From positions 4,192,001-4,256,000 of the forward strand of contig CBDCJH010000002.1 of NCBI GenBank assembly GCA_965217775.1: DNA of 64,000 nt, in the 5' to 3' direction. Positions within the stretch are counted from its first letter, which is position 1; every line of letters begins with the position of its first letter. Below are positions 28,824 through 37,484 of the stretch, piece by piece. A program made the position numbers and the translations under genes. Under the pieces are notes generated by a model. The model worked only from the letters and a program-made list of their open reading frames with translations. It had not been told where the DNA came from and ran no database searches. The stretch is from Acidobacteriota bacterium. Its GTDB lineage: Bacteria; Acidobacteriota; UBA6911; RPQK01; JAJDTT01.

Positions 28824-30070
28824 TTCGCTGGTGGAATGCCGGCTGCTGCGTGCTGGTCTGCCTCACGACCGCTGCCCTGTGCCGGGACGCCGACTTTGAG
28901 CGGGCTTTGAGAATGATGGGGGAGTTGGACTATCCGGGAGCGCTGGCGGCGTTTCGTCAGTTGGCAGAGCGCCCCGATCCCGATCCCGCGATCTACTTTC
29001 AAATGGGGGCCTGTCAGACCGTCCTGGGGCAATACTCCGCGGCTTTGGAGAGCTTCCGGCAGGCCACGGAGGCTGGCTTGGCGGAGAGCTGGCAGATCTG
29101 GTCCGCCCGAGGCATCGCTCACTTCAACCTGGAACGATTCCCCGAATCCCGGCGAGCATTCGAGCGAGTCCTGGGTCAGGAACCGGACGAGTTCACTTCC
29201 TTGTTCTTCTTGGGCCGGTTGGATCTGGAGGGAGGCGAGTTGGACGCCGCGGAGGCCAGGTTCCGCCGCGTGATCCAGCTTGAATCCAGCTACGAGCCCG
29301 CATTCTACTATCTCGGACGCACCTTGATCCGCAACGGAAAGACCGCGGAGGGGAAACGGATTCTTCGATACCACCAGCGGCGGGAACACCTCCAAAACCG
29401 GCTCCGGACCCTCACCGATCTGGCCAGATCCGAGAATACGCCGGCAGAGATCTACGCTGAGATGGCCGGAGTCTATCTCGATCTGGGAAGTCGGCAGCAG
29501 GCCCGGAAGGCTCTACACAAAGCGGAGGAGATCGCTCCGGCTACCGAGTTGACCCGGCTGGTTCGCGGCCGGTTGAGCTACCTGGACGGTAACTTCGACC
29601 TGGCCGAAGAGCATCTGGCGGCTTACCTGAAGATCGAAAGCCGGAAGTGCGATGCGCACCACTTCCTGGGTCTGGCCCTGAAGGCTCAACGGAAATTTTC
29701 GGCCGCGGCGCGCGTCCTGCGCCGCGCCTCGGATCTCTGTCCTCCCGAAGTCTCCCTGCTGGCCTCCCTGGCCGAGGTGGAGATCCAGAACCGGAATCTG
29801 CTGGTGGCGGTGGCGCTGGCGGACAAGATCACCAAGCTGGACCCGGCCGCGGCGGAGGGTCCGTTCCTGAAGGCCGTTTCCTCCCTGTACCGTCATGATC
29901 TCCAGGGAGCGGAGAAGTGGGCGCTGCGCGCCCTCCACCTGGAGCAGGAGAATCCCGAGTATCACCGCCTTCTGGAAGCCATTTATCGCAACCAGGGCGA
30001 CACCGAAAAAGCGGACCTCCATCGGAAACAGATGGAAATTCTGTTGTCCGACCGGAAATCATCGGAATGA
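28820..30070 (+). CDS. Exported tetratricopeptide-repeat protein
   Basis: ATGA overlap with upstream gene; signal peptide; repeated TPR patterns (A.F.LG....G..AA...F). Confidence 0.8.
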   Translation: MIRWWNAGCCVLVCLTTAALCRDADFERALRMMGELDYPGALAAFRQLAERPDPDPAIYFQMGACQTVLGQYSAALESFRQATEAGLAESWQIWSARGIAHFNLERFPESRRAFERVLGQEPDEFTSLFFLGRLDLEGGELDAAEARFRRVIQLESSYEPAFYYLGRTLIRNGKTAEGKRILRYHQRREHLQNRLRTLTDLARSENTPAEIYAEMAGVYLDLGSRQQARKALHKAEEIAPATELTRLVRGRLSYLDGNFDLAEEHLAAYLKIESRKCDAHHFLGLALKAQRKFSAAARVLRRASDLCPPEVSLLASLAEVEIQNRNLLVAVALADKITKLDPAAAEGPFLKAVSSLYRHDLQGAEKWALRALHLEQENPEYHRLLEAIYRNQGDTEKADLHRKQMEILLSDRKSSE

Positions 30071-30155
30071 TCCGGCCGTCCGGGCGTCACGCCTGAGTCC
30101 GGAAGACCCGCCGTGGAACCGCTTGCTCCCGCGCCGCATCGATGATCTCTGCTAG

Positions 30156-30314
30156 GAGTCTGCGCGGTAGAAATGATCGTAGCGAGAAAGTGGGGAATCG
30201 AGGCCAGATTTTCTCGATTTGGAGGTGCATAGTTGTTCTATTCGCCGAGAAATCGGGGAAATCTGGACCGATTCTACCGCTTTCGCAGTAGATCAATTTC
30301 TGCGGCGCAGGCTC
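30156..30314 (+). mobile_element. 159-bp MITE-like element, family B, copy 1
   Basis: Flanked by CTAG on both sides (30152-55, 30315-18); long imperfect TIRs GAGTCTGCGC.../...GCGCAGGCTC; near-identical inverted copy at 36653-36811. Confidence 0.85.
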
Positions 30315-31238
30315 CTAGCCCGTGCCCAGACCGTACAGGTTCAACAACTCGATGAATTCCTGACGGTCACGAAATCGGTCGAACGCCTGCTCTGCGGCCA
30401 GCCGCTCCTGGTCCAGGAACCCGACCGCCAACGCCTTCGCCAGATAATTCAAGCATTGCGCCAAGTTCTCCATCTCGGCAAAGAGGCGCGCCAAGTTGTA
30501 GTGCGTTTCCGGATCCAATCCCATTGGATCCGAATAGGTGACACGGGTTCCGCTTCTCTGGTCGAAGGCCTGAGGATCCAGGTCCATGGCTTTGCGGTAG
30601 GCTCGACGGGCCAGGTCGTAGTGACCCCACAACATCCGACCATATCAGTCCGTGGCGAAAGTCGCGCGAGCACCGAGACCGTTCCTGCGCCCGCCGGACA
30701 AGGCGCGATTCGGGTGCATACCGGGAGTATGTGCCCGAATCGCAACGCAGTCCGCCGGGATGCAGGGACGGTCGAATGCCGTGACGACTTTTGCCACGGG
30801 CTGATATCCCAGATTGACGTAGAAGAACGACTGGGGATCGATGGCAATCGCTTGTTCGAAGGAGCGAACCGCCTTCTCGTATTGTCGGTTCGACAGCAGG
30901 GCGATTCCCAGCGTGTTGTGGGCCGGAGCGTACCGCGGATCGAGTCTGATGGCGTGTTCCGCCGCCTTTCGTCCCTGCCAAAAGCGTCCGGTCCGACAAT
31001 ACGCGATCGCCAGTTTGTTGAAGATGGCCTCGTGATACGGATTCAAGTTCGTCGCCTCAAGATACTTGAGGATGGCGAGATGATCCTTTCCTTCCTCCAA
31101 CATCCGGTCGGCCTCTCCCATAAGGCGGTAGGAGACGAGGACGCTCTCGCGAGGCACCGGGAGCTTCGTGATCCGGGAAGGACCGCAGCCGAGGAGGAAC
31201 CCCGTGAGAAGAACGATCGCGGTTCTCGAGGCCGTCAT
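30315..31238 (-). pseudogene. TPR lipoprotein gene interrupted by MITE family A
   Basis: Lipobox LLG-C, TPR motifs on both sides; removing 162 bp restores FYVNLGYGRMLWGHYDLARRAY; junction creates in-frame TGA at 30647-30645. Confidence 0.8.
30646..30803 (-). mobile_element. 158-bp MITE-like element, family A, copy 3
   Basis: Reverse-complement copy with 4 substitutions; ATAT direct repeat at 30642-45 and 30804-07. Confidence 0.9.
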
Positions 31239-31284
31239 GGGATCCACGGCTAGAAAGGCGGAGTTCATGAGAAGAGGCATACCC

Positions 31285-32766
31285 TCAATCAATGAATTGG
31301 AAGGCGTACAGGTTGCCGTCCCGGAGCTGGAACCGGAGCCGGAGAGCCCGATTCCTCAGACCCCCCAGGCCGGTGTTTCCGTTCCAGCTCACCCGGTGGC
31401 CCAGCGAGTCCCCGCTCACCGGGTCGCACGCCTCGCTGGTGAATCCCGACAGGGGACGGCCAGCGGTGTCCAGGATCTCGACTCGCAGATCACCCCCCAC
31501 GTCGGCGTTCAGGATCAACCGGTTTCCGGACATCCTGAGGTTCCGGGTGGTCAGCCGGCCGGTATGCTCCCCGGCCTCGAAGGAGACGAAACCGTCGCGG
31601 CGAAGGGTCGCCAGACCGGTGGCCCTCTGTTTGCGCTCTCCTTGTTCCACCCATCCAGCCTGGACCTTCCGTAGATCCGACCCGTAGGGGAAGTTTTCTC
31701 CCCAGTAGTAGACCCGGATCCGGTCCTGATGGACCACCGGAGCCACGGGAATGCTCAAATGACTGTCCCAGGCGCCGGCCTCTCCGCGCCCCAGGATGAA
31801 CTCTCCCGGGAAGATCCGTTGCCAGCGGACGCCGTCGCGGCTGTAGGCCAGTTCCGCATCGGCCCGGACCCAGCCCTCGTCGCCCCGCTCGAAGACCCAG
31901 AGCCATCCCAGGTACCGGCCTTCGTACAGGAATGCGGACAAGCCCTTGAAGTGCAGGTTGGACTCGTCCGGACCCGGCACCAGGACCGGCTCGGGATCGG
32001 ACCAGGTGACGAAGTCGGGACTCGTCGATCGCCCCACCGAATTGGGCGACCCCGGCATCCGGACGTAGCAGACGAAGCTCTCGATCCGGGGGTCCCAGCC
32101 CAGCAGGTTGGCACTGTGCGCTCGCCGGAACCAGGGCTTGCCGTCGGCGTTGAGCTTCCAGTGGACGCCGTCGGCCGAGTGACCCTTGGTGATGGCGGAC
32201 TTGCCGTCGAAGACGTCCACATAGGTCATCTTGAAGCGCCGACCGGGGTCCGGATCGCGCGGGTCCCGGATGACGTTGGCCCGGCGCATCCAGCGAGTGC
32301 CCCAGGGAATGATGTTGTTGCTGCGCGAGCCCTGCCATTCCACCAGACCCAACTCGGGCTTGGTCCAGTGGACCCCGTCCTTGGAGACGGCATACCCGAC
32401 CTTGTACCGGATCCCGCGATGGGCCGCAGCGTCCACCAGGGACGACATGTACCAGATCTTGAATTCGCCGCTCTCCGGATCGAACAGAACCGGACGGCCA
32501 TTGGGATAGGTCGTCCAGCGTTCCCAGGGAGTGTCTCCAACGATGACGGGGTTCGCCGGATGCCGTTGGAGTCGATGCAGTCTCCGCTTCAGATTCCGGG
32601 TGGAAGCGACGACGCCATCGTCCAGGAGCAACTGGCGGGCGGTGCCGATCTCCAGGATCGGCGCCGTCTGCTTCCGAGCCTCACAGGCCCCTGCCGCCAA
32701 CAAGGCTCCCAGAACCGCAAGTCGCAGACTTCGAAGGCGCCACCGGACAATTATCTGATAGGCCAT
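31285..32766 (-). CDS. GH-like beta-propeller lipoprotein, paralog 6
   Basis: Lipobox AGA-C; close paralog of 13143-14600 (HSANLLGWDPRI, ADAELAYSRDG); ends LYAFQFID. Confidence 0.8.
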   Translation of the reverse strand: MAYQIIVRWRLRSLRLAVLGALLAAGACEARKQTAPILEIGTARQLLLDDGVVASTRNLKRRLHRLQRHPANPVIVGDTPWERWTTYPNGRPVLFDPESGEFKIWYMSSLVDAAAHRGIRYKVGYAVSKDGVHWTKPELGLVEWQGSRSNNIIPWGTRWMRRANVIRDPRDPDPGRRFKMTYVDVFDGKSAITKGHSADGVHWKLNADGKPWFRRAHSANLLGWDPRIESFVCYVRMPGSPNSVGRSTSPDFVTWSDPEPVLVPGPDESNLHFKGLSAFLYEGRYLGWLWVFERGDEGWVRADAELAYSRDGVRWQRIFPGEFILGRGEAGAWDSHLSIPVAPVVHQDRIRVYYWGENFPYGSDLRKVQAGWVEQGERKQRATGLATLRRDGFVSFEAGEHTGRLTTRNLRMSGNRLILNADVGGDLRVEILDTAGRPLSGFTSEACDPVSGDSLGHRVSWNGNTGLGGLRNRALRLRFQLRDGNLYAFQFID

Positions 32767-32833
32767 GGATCCACTGGGCTCGACGGACCGAATTCCTGAT
32801 TGCGCTTCGGCCGATGTCGGGTTCCAGGCCGAA

Positions 32834-34348
32834 TCACTGGAATCGAAATGAGTAGAGATCCGCATCCCGCAACACGAATCGGAGGCGAACCGGCTTCCCG
32901 GCGAGGGTGCTGAGATCGGTTCCCGACTTCCAACTGACTCGACGCTCCAGCTCGTCGCCGAAGATCTCGCTGGACTGATCGATCGCATATCCCGGCAGGA
33001 CGGCGCCCGAGGCATCCTGAATCTCCACCCTTACCGAGCCCACGGCCGAGGTGGAGTAGTTGAGGTAGAGGGAGCTCCCGGCGAACGTCAGCGGCGGCGT
33101 CGCGAACTCACCGCCTCTGCCGGACGCGTGTACCGAGACGAAGCCGTCGGGCCGGATGGTGCAGCGCCGGAGCCGGCAGCTCTGCTGGTGGTAGTTTTCC
33201 GTGTAGTACATCGAAAGTTCGTCGGGAGCCGTCCGGAGGATGCCCTGTCCCATGATGGTGGCCCGATCCACCCAGTTTCCGGGATCGAGGCCGGGGCGGA
33301 TGAAGGCCTCCAAAAAGATTCGATCCCAGCGGACGCCGTCACGGCTGGAGAGGAAGACGATGTCCGCAACGCCTTTGCTGTAGGTCCAATCGGGGTGGAA
33401 AGTGCGCCCGGGAACAAAGCGCATGGGAAACATCAGATAGACACCCTTGGCTCGACGATAGGGGACGGCTGCGTTGGTATACAGATGGTCGAGAGGCTCC
33501 GCGGGAAGGTCCACCAGCTTCAGCGGACTCCAGACCAGAAAATCGTCGGACGTCGCATAGCGGAACCGGCGCACGATCGCGTCCCGCTCATGCTTTTCCC
33601 GGTCGAACTCGACCTTCAGGTCCTTGTGCACGAAGCCCCGGCCGTAGAATCGATAGCGTAGGGTCCATGGATCCTGGAAGACGATATTGTGGGAGTCGAA
33701 GGGCCCTCCCGTGAGAATGGGCTCTTCTTGAACCAGGCGCCAGCGCAGTCCGTCGGCAGAGACCAGTCCCCATGCGCTCCTGCCCCGGGTGACCGCCTTG
33801 TAGCGCTGGTCGCCGGGCACGCCGGGGCGTTCGTCCTTGAAGACCGACATGTTGCCGCCAGGCCCGTCCCACACCAGATTGTTTTGCCTGGAACCCTGGA
33901 AGTCGATCAGTCCCAGGGCGGGGCGTTCCCACAGGACTCCGTCGCGGCTCTCTGCGTAGCCGGTATGGCCCCATCCCGGCTTCACCCCGACGCCGGATTG
34001 GGCCTGGTACCACATCCGGTAGCGGTCGCCGTCCTGCAGGACGCTCGACGCCCATGAGTTACCGCCCTCCCAGGGCCGGTCGAAGTCGAGCACCTCTTCT
34101 CGGAGCCGGGGTGGGTGGAGCTTCAACTCGAGCTGACTCATCTCCGAGATCAAGGTCTTGTCGATGAACAGTTGCCGTTCCGAGCCCACTGCGGTCTGGG
34201 CCCTGGACATCCCCGACAGCACCAGAGAGGCGATCGTGAGGGCGTATACGAAGCGATGACCGAGCCGGCGAGGGGAACTTGCGTTGCCGCGGCGACTCGA
34301 GGGTTCATGCGGCCGGTTCCGCCGCCTGTTCCCATGGCGAATGCTCAT
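32834..34348 (-). CDS. Exported GH-like beta-propeller protein, paralog 7
   Basis: QLFID, DRPWEG, FDSHN, LYTN, RPDGFVS, ends LYSFRFQ. Confidence 0.8.
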   Translation of the reverse strand: MSIRHGNRRRNRPHEPSSRRGNASSPRRLGHRFVYALTIASLVLSGMSRAQTAVGSERQLFIDKTLISEMSQLELKLHPPRLREEVLDFDRPWEGGNSWASSVLQDGDRYRMWYQAQSGVGVKPGWGHTGYAESRDGVLWERPALGLIDFQGSRQNNLVWDGPGGNMSVFKDERPGVPGDQRYKAVTRGRSAWGLVSADGLRWRLVQEEPILTGGPFDSHNIVFQDPWTLRYRFYGRGFVHKDLKVEFDREKHERDAIVRRFRYATSDDFLVWSPLKLVDLPAEPLDHLYTNAAVPYRRAKGVYLMFPMRFVPGRTFHPDWTYSKGVADIVFLSSRDGVRWDRIFLEAFIRPGLDPGNWVDRATIMGQGILRTAPDELSMYYTENYHQQSCRLRRCTIRPDGFVSVHASGRGGEFATPPLTFAGSSLYLNYSTSAVGSVRVEIQDASGAVLPGYAIDQSSEIFGDELERRVSWKSGTDLSTLAGKPVRLRFVLRDADLYSFRFQ

Positions 34349-34391
34349 GTCCGGATTCCTCCAAGGTTTAGCGAACGGTCCGGCGCCGAGT

Positions 34392-36062
34392 TCAGCCGGA
34401 GACGATCTTGAAATCCGCCGGTTCGATCAACGACTGACCCGAGATCTCATCCACCACCCGAAGCACGATCCGGTAGGAGCCGGGAGGGAGTTCCTTGAGC
34501 TCCACGTCCTGAAGCAGCACGACGCGGTCCGCCAACTCGATCATCCTGGGCTCATCCGCCCGAATCCGCTCCTTGCCTCGGAAGAGGAGAAGCTGTGCCC
34601 GGACCAGGGGCGCCATGAGTGATTGATCGACCTTCAGTTCATAGATCTCGGTGTACAGATGCAGGGTGGCCCCGGCGCGGAACCGCCGGTTGATGTTGGG
34701 GTAGACCTTGAGGCCACTCGGTGTATTGAAGGGAGACGAGAGTGCGTCGTCTCGGCCGGAGGAGGCCAGACCATCGGCCAGGATGAGGCTGCTGGAGGCC
34801 AGATTCCCCATCTCCGGCTCGACCACGTGGATCGAGGTGGCCGCCTTCGAGACCCGCTCGCTCCGCTGGTCCTTGGCCACCAAGGTGAACTTGTAGCGGC
34901 CCGGCCGGATTGGGATTTGTTTCTGGTAGAGGAAATGGGTGTCCGTGGTGAGGATCTCCTCCACGCCCTTTTCTCCCGCCAGCACGTCCTCGAATTCGTA
35001 CACCGCCTCTCCCACCAGATTCTCGACCCTTCCGTAGATCTCCACCATTGCCCGCTGGCCCGACTCGCCGAAATCCTCGTAGGAGAGTTCAGTGGCCGGG
35101 ATCTGGACGGTCAGGGGCACCAGGAAGGCGTTTTGGCCGACCCGGTAGGCGGCGGAGGTCAGCTTCAGCGGCATGGGGTTGTAGTGAACCAGGGTCTCGA
35201 CCTCGGTCTCCACCCTCTCGAACCTGAACTCGGGGGGCTTGCGAAGATCGAAGTATTGACGCACGCGGTCGAAGGGCTGAGCACCTCTCATGTAGAGCGG
35301 CTCGCCCTGTAATCCCAGATGGCGCATGGCGAGATCGGAGAGCATGGTCCCGCCCCGGGTGGCCAGACCCATCTGCTCCCAGTTGGTCGGCCCTCCGGTG
35401 CTGACCCAGAGGGCGTCCTTCTCCGAAGGTCTCAGAGCGAGCTTGTATTCTCCAGTCTTGCTGGCGTCAACGAATTCGATCTCGATCCCCGAGCCGATGC
35501 CCGGAATGTAGTTGTAGAACCAGCGCTGAAAGGCGTAGGTGCTGGTCCAGCCGCCACCCTCCTCGGGCCGGCGCCGGTACACGCCGCCATTGTGATCGTC
35601 GATGGTGTTGGGAGGACCGAAAGCGATGTAGATGCGCCCGCGGTCGGTATACCAGCCCTCGACACCGGAGGCGAAGCGCTCGTTCACGTAGGCGATCCGC
35701 CGGTAGTGTTCTTCCTTGAATTCGTTGTAGGCCGTCCTGGGATCCGGGTCGCGCCGGCGCCAGAACTGCTCGATGAAGGCATCGCGCTCGTCGTCCGTGG
35801 TGAGCTTCTCGAAGACCTCCCGTTCTTCACGGGCGATGATGTAGACGACGTCCTCGGCCAACCATTTCTTGTAGTAGTCCTGTTGTTCCTCGAGCCTCAT
35901 CCGTCGCTGTCGGTCGTCATCGTCCTGTGAGGCGACCACCGAGCAGAAGAGGCTACCCAGCAGCAGGGACCGGATCAGCCCTGTGGACCACTGGATCAGG
36001 ATGGGAAACACTACCGTCGAGTATAGCACAGGGGCTTTCGGGCGCGGCTGTTCCGCTCCCAT
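34392..36062 (-). CDS. GWxTD domain-containing protein
   Basis: YKKWL.EDV.YII, FIEQFW.RRDP, NEFKEEHYRRIAY.NERF, EGWYTDRGRIYI.FGPP; start uncertain. Confidence 0.85.
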   Translation of the reverse strand: MGAEQPRPKAPVLYSTVVFPILIQWSTGLIRSLLLGSLFCSVVASQDDDDRQRRMRLEEQQDYYKKWLAEDVVYIIAREEREVFEKLTTDDERDAFIEQFWRRRDPDPRTAYNEFKEEHYRRIAYVNERFASGVEGWYTDRGRIYIAFGPPNTIDDHNGGVYRRRPEEGGGWTSTYAFQRWFYNYIPGIGSGIEIEFVDASKTGEYKLALRPSEKDALWVSTGGPTNWEQMGLATRGGTMLSDLAMRHLGLQGEPLYMRGAQPFDRVRQYFDLRKPPEFRFERVETEVETLVHYNPMPLKLTSAAYRVGQNAFLVPLTVQIPATELSYEDFGESGQRAMVEIYGRVENLVGEAVYEFEDVLAGEKGVEEILTTDTHFLYQKQIPIRPGRYKFTLVAKDQRSERVSKAATSIHVVEPEMGNLASSSLILADGLASSGRDDALSSPFNTPSGLKVYPNINRRFRAGATLHLYTEIYELKVDQSLMAPLVRAQLLLFRGKERIRADEPRMIELADRVVLLQDVELKELPPGSYRIVLRVVDEISGQSLIEPADFKIVSG

Positions 36063-36098
36063 CGCACTCGCTTACTCCGAAGGCAAGGGGACTCTTCG

Positions 36099-36338
36099 TC
36101 AGTGTACCTGGCGACCGACGAAGGGATTGACGATCTGGACGCCCGCCTGGAACCATGGTTCGAGCCTCCGGCGTCTCCTCCCTTGCGGAAGCAGGAGAAT
36201 GCCGAATCCGACCTCACCAAGGACTATGGGATCGATCACGATGTCCCGTTCGTTTCGCTTGAGCCATTCGACGACACGAGCGTGGGGGCTTCTCTTTGTC
36301 GAATCAACCAGGGCATTGGCGTTGACGAGATACTTCAC
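36099..36338 (-). pseudogene. vapC: Internally deleted PIN-domain (VapC-like) toxin
   Basis: GTG overlaps the antitoxin TGA; KYLVNAN, LGEV.FG, RRRRL..W, then directly IVNPF; only 79 aa, C-terminal catalytic half absent. Confidence 0.7.
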
Positions 36339-36565
36339 AGAGCGTCCGTCAATTCGGATTCGAAGGGAGTGAAGAACCCGTTCTCGGGGCAACTGAGCAA
36401 CCAATCGACCAGACCCTCGTTCGGCGGTTTCGTCCGCCGAACGAACCGATAGTCACCTCGGTCGAGACGTTGGACGTCGAACTCCTGACCAGGCTCGATC
36501 TGGTCCTGTTTCCGGAACTCGGCCGGTAATACGAATTGCCCCTTGGAAGAAATAGTGGTCTTCAT
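36335..36565 (-). CDS. AbrB/MazE/SpoVT-family antitoxin
   Basis: MKTTISSKGQFVLPAEFRKQDQIEPGQEF motif; coupled to a PIN gene. Confidence 0.85.
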   Translation of the reverse strand: MKTTISSKGQFVLPAEFRKQDQIEPGQEFDVQRLDRGDYRFVRRTKPPNEGLVDWLLSCPENGFFTPFESELTDAL

Positions 36566-36572
36566 TGCAGCT

Positions 36573-36602
36573 CAGATATCAACTTACCCTGCAAGACGTC
36601 AA
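36573..36602 (-). promoter_or_regulatory. Putative promoter of the TA operon (leaderless)
   Basis: Minus strand TTGACG-N18-TATCTG with an extended TG, 7 nt before ATG. Confidence 0.4.
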
Positions 36603-36652
36603 GCCCGGGAGTCCTGCGCTCCTTGATCAGGATCGGAACCACCCGGACCTAG

Positions 36653-36811
36653 GAGCCTGCGCCGCAGAAATTGATCTACTGCGAAAGCGGTAGAATCGGT
36701 CCATATTTCCTCGATTTCTCGGCGAATAGAACAACTATGCACCTCCAAATCGAGAAAATCTGGCCTCGATTCCCCACTTCCTCGCTACGATCGTTTCTAC
36801 CGCGCAGACTC
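36653..36811 (-). mobile_element. 159-bp MITE-like element, family B, copy 2
   Basis: CTAG at 36649-52 and 36812-15; inverted near-identical copy of 30156-30314. Confidence 0.85.
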
Positions 36812-36822
36812 CTAGCCAACGG

Positions 36823-37293
36823 TTACTGGTGCCAGTACTGCAGTTCGACGATATTGCCCTCCGGATCGGTCATGTAGATCAGGGTGAGGCGGCCCTCCCC
36901 TGAGATGTCCAGGGTGGTGATGCTCCCCAGATCCTCGCCTCCCCATTCCTGGACCTGAAGGCGCTTCTCTTCCAGGTCGTCCACCTGGAACGCGATGTGG
37001 GCGAAGCCGGGCCGGTTGAGAGCGGGGACCGGCCGTCGGGCGTTCTCGTCGAATTGAAACACTTCGAGGGTGGGGCCGCCCTCAGCATATCCTGGCAGCT
37101 TCAGATGGACGCCCTCCATGTGGACTCCCTTCAGTCCCGTGAGGGCATCGATGTGGGCGCCCCTCCGGTCTCGTTCCGTTCCCACCGGACGGCAGTCGAA
37201 GACCTCCACGTAGAATTTTACTATCCCTCGCCAATCGTCGGCGACCAGGTTGGTGTGAGCGTACCGGATACCCCGGCGTCGTCTACCAGGCAT
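36823..37293 (-). CDS. VOC (glyoxalase/bleomycin resistance) family protein
   Basis: HTNLVADDW....FY, LEVFQF, GFAHIAFQVDD, YMTDPEGNIVEL. Confidence 0.9.
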   Translation of the reverse strand: MPGRRRRGIRYAHTNLVADDWRGIVKFYVEVFDCRPVGTERDRRGAHIDALTGLKGVHMEGVHLKLPGYAEGGPTLEVFQFDENARRPVPALNRPGFAHIAFQVDDLEEKRLQVQEWGGEDLGSITTLDISGEGRLTLIYMTDPEGNIVELQYWHQ

Positions 37294-37484
37294 GTTCTCG
37301 CATCTCCTCCGCACAGAATGAAATCAGACTCGACCTCCCACCCAAGCCAGGGTCTGGTTATTATCTCAGAGACCGTAACCAGCAGATCATCCCTCCAGGA
37401 TAGACTCCAAGACGCTGTCAAACCGATGCGAATGCTACCGATACGATCGTCTTCCAGGCCGACGCCGGACGGGGGAACCGTCCC

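Noticed and set aside
30645-30647. In-frame TGA as possible selenocysteine recoding, given a SelA-like gene in the window
   Set aside because: The TGA is created by the MITE/target junction, no SECIS-like hairpin is evident just downstream, and the PLP enzyme is DgaE-like rather than true SelA.
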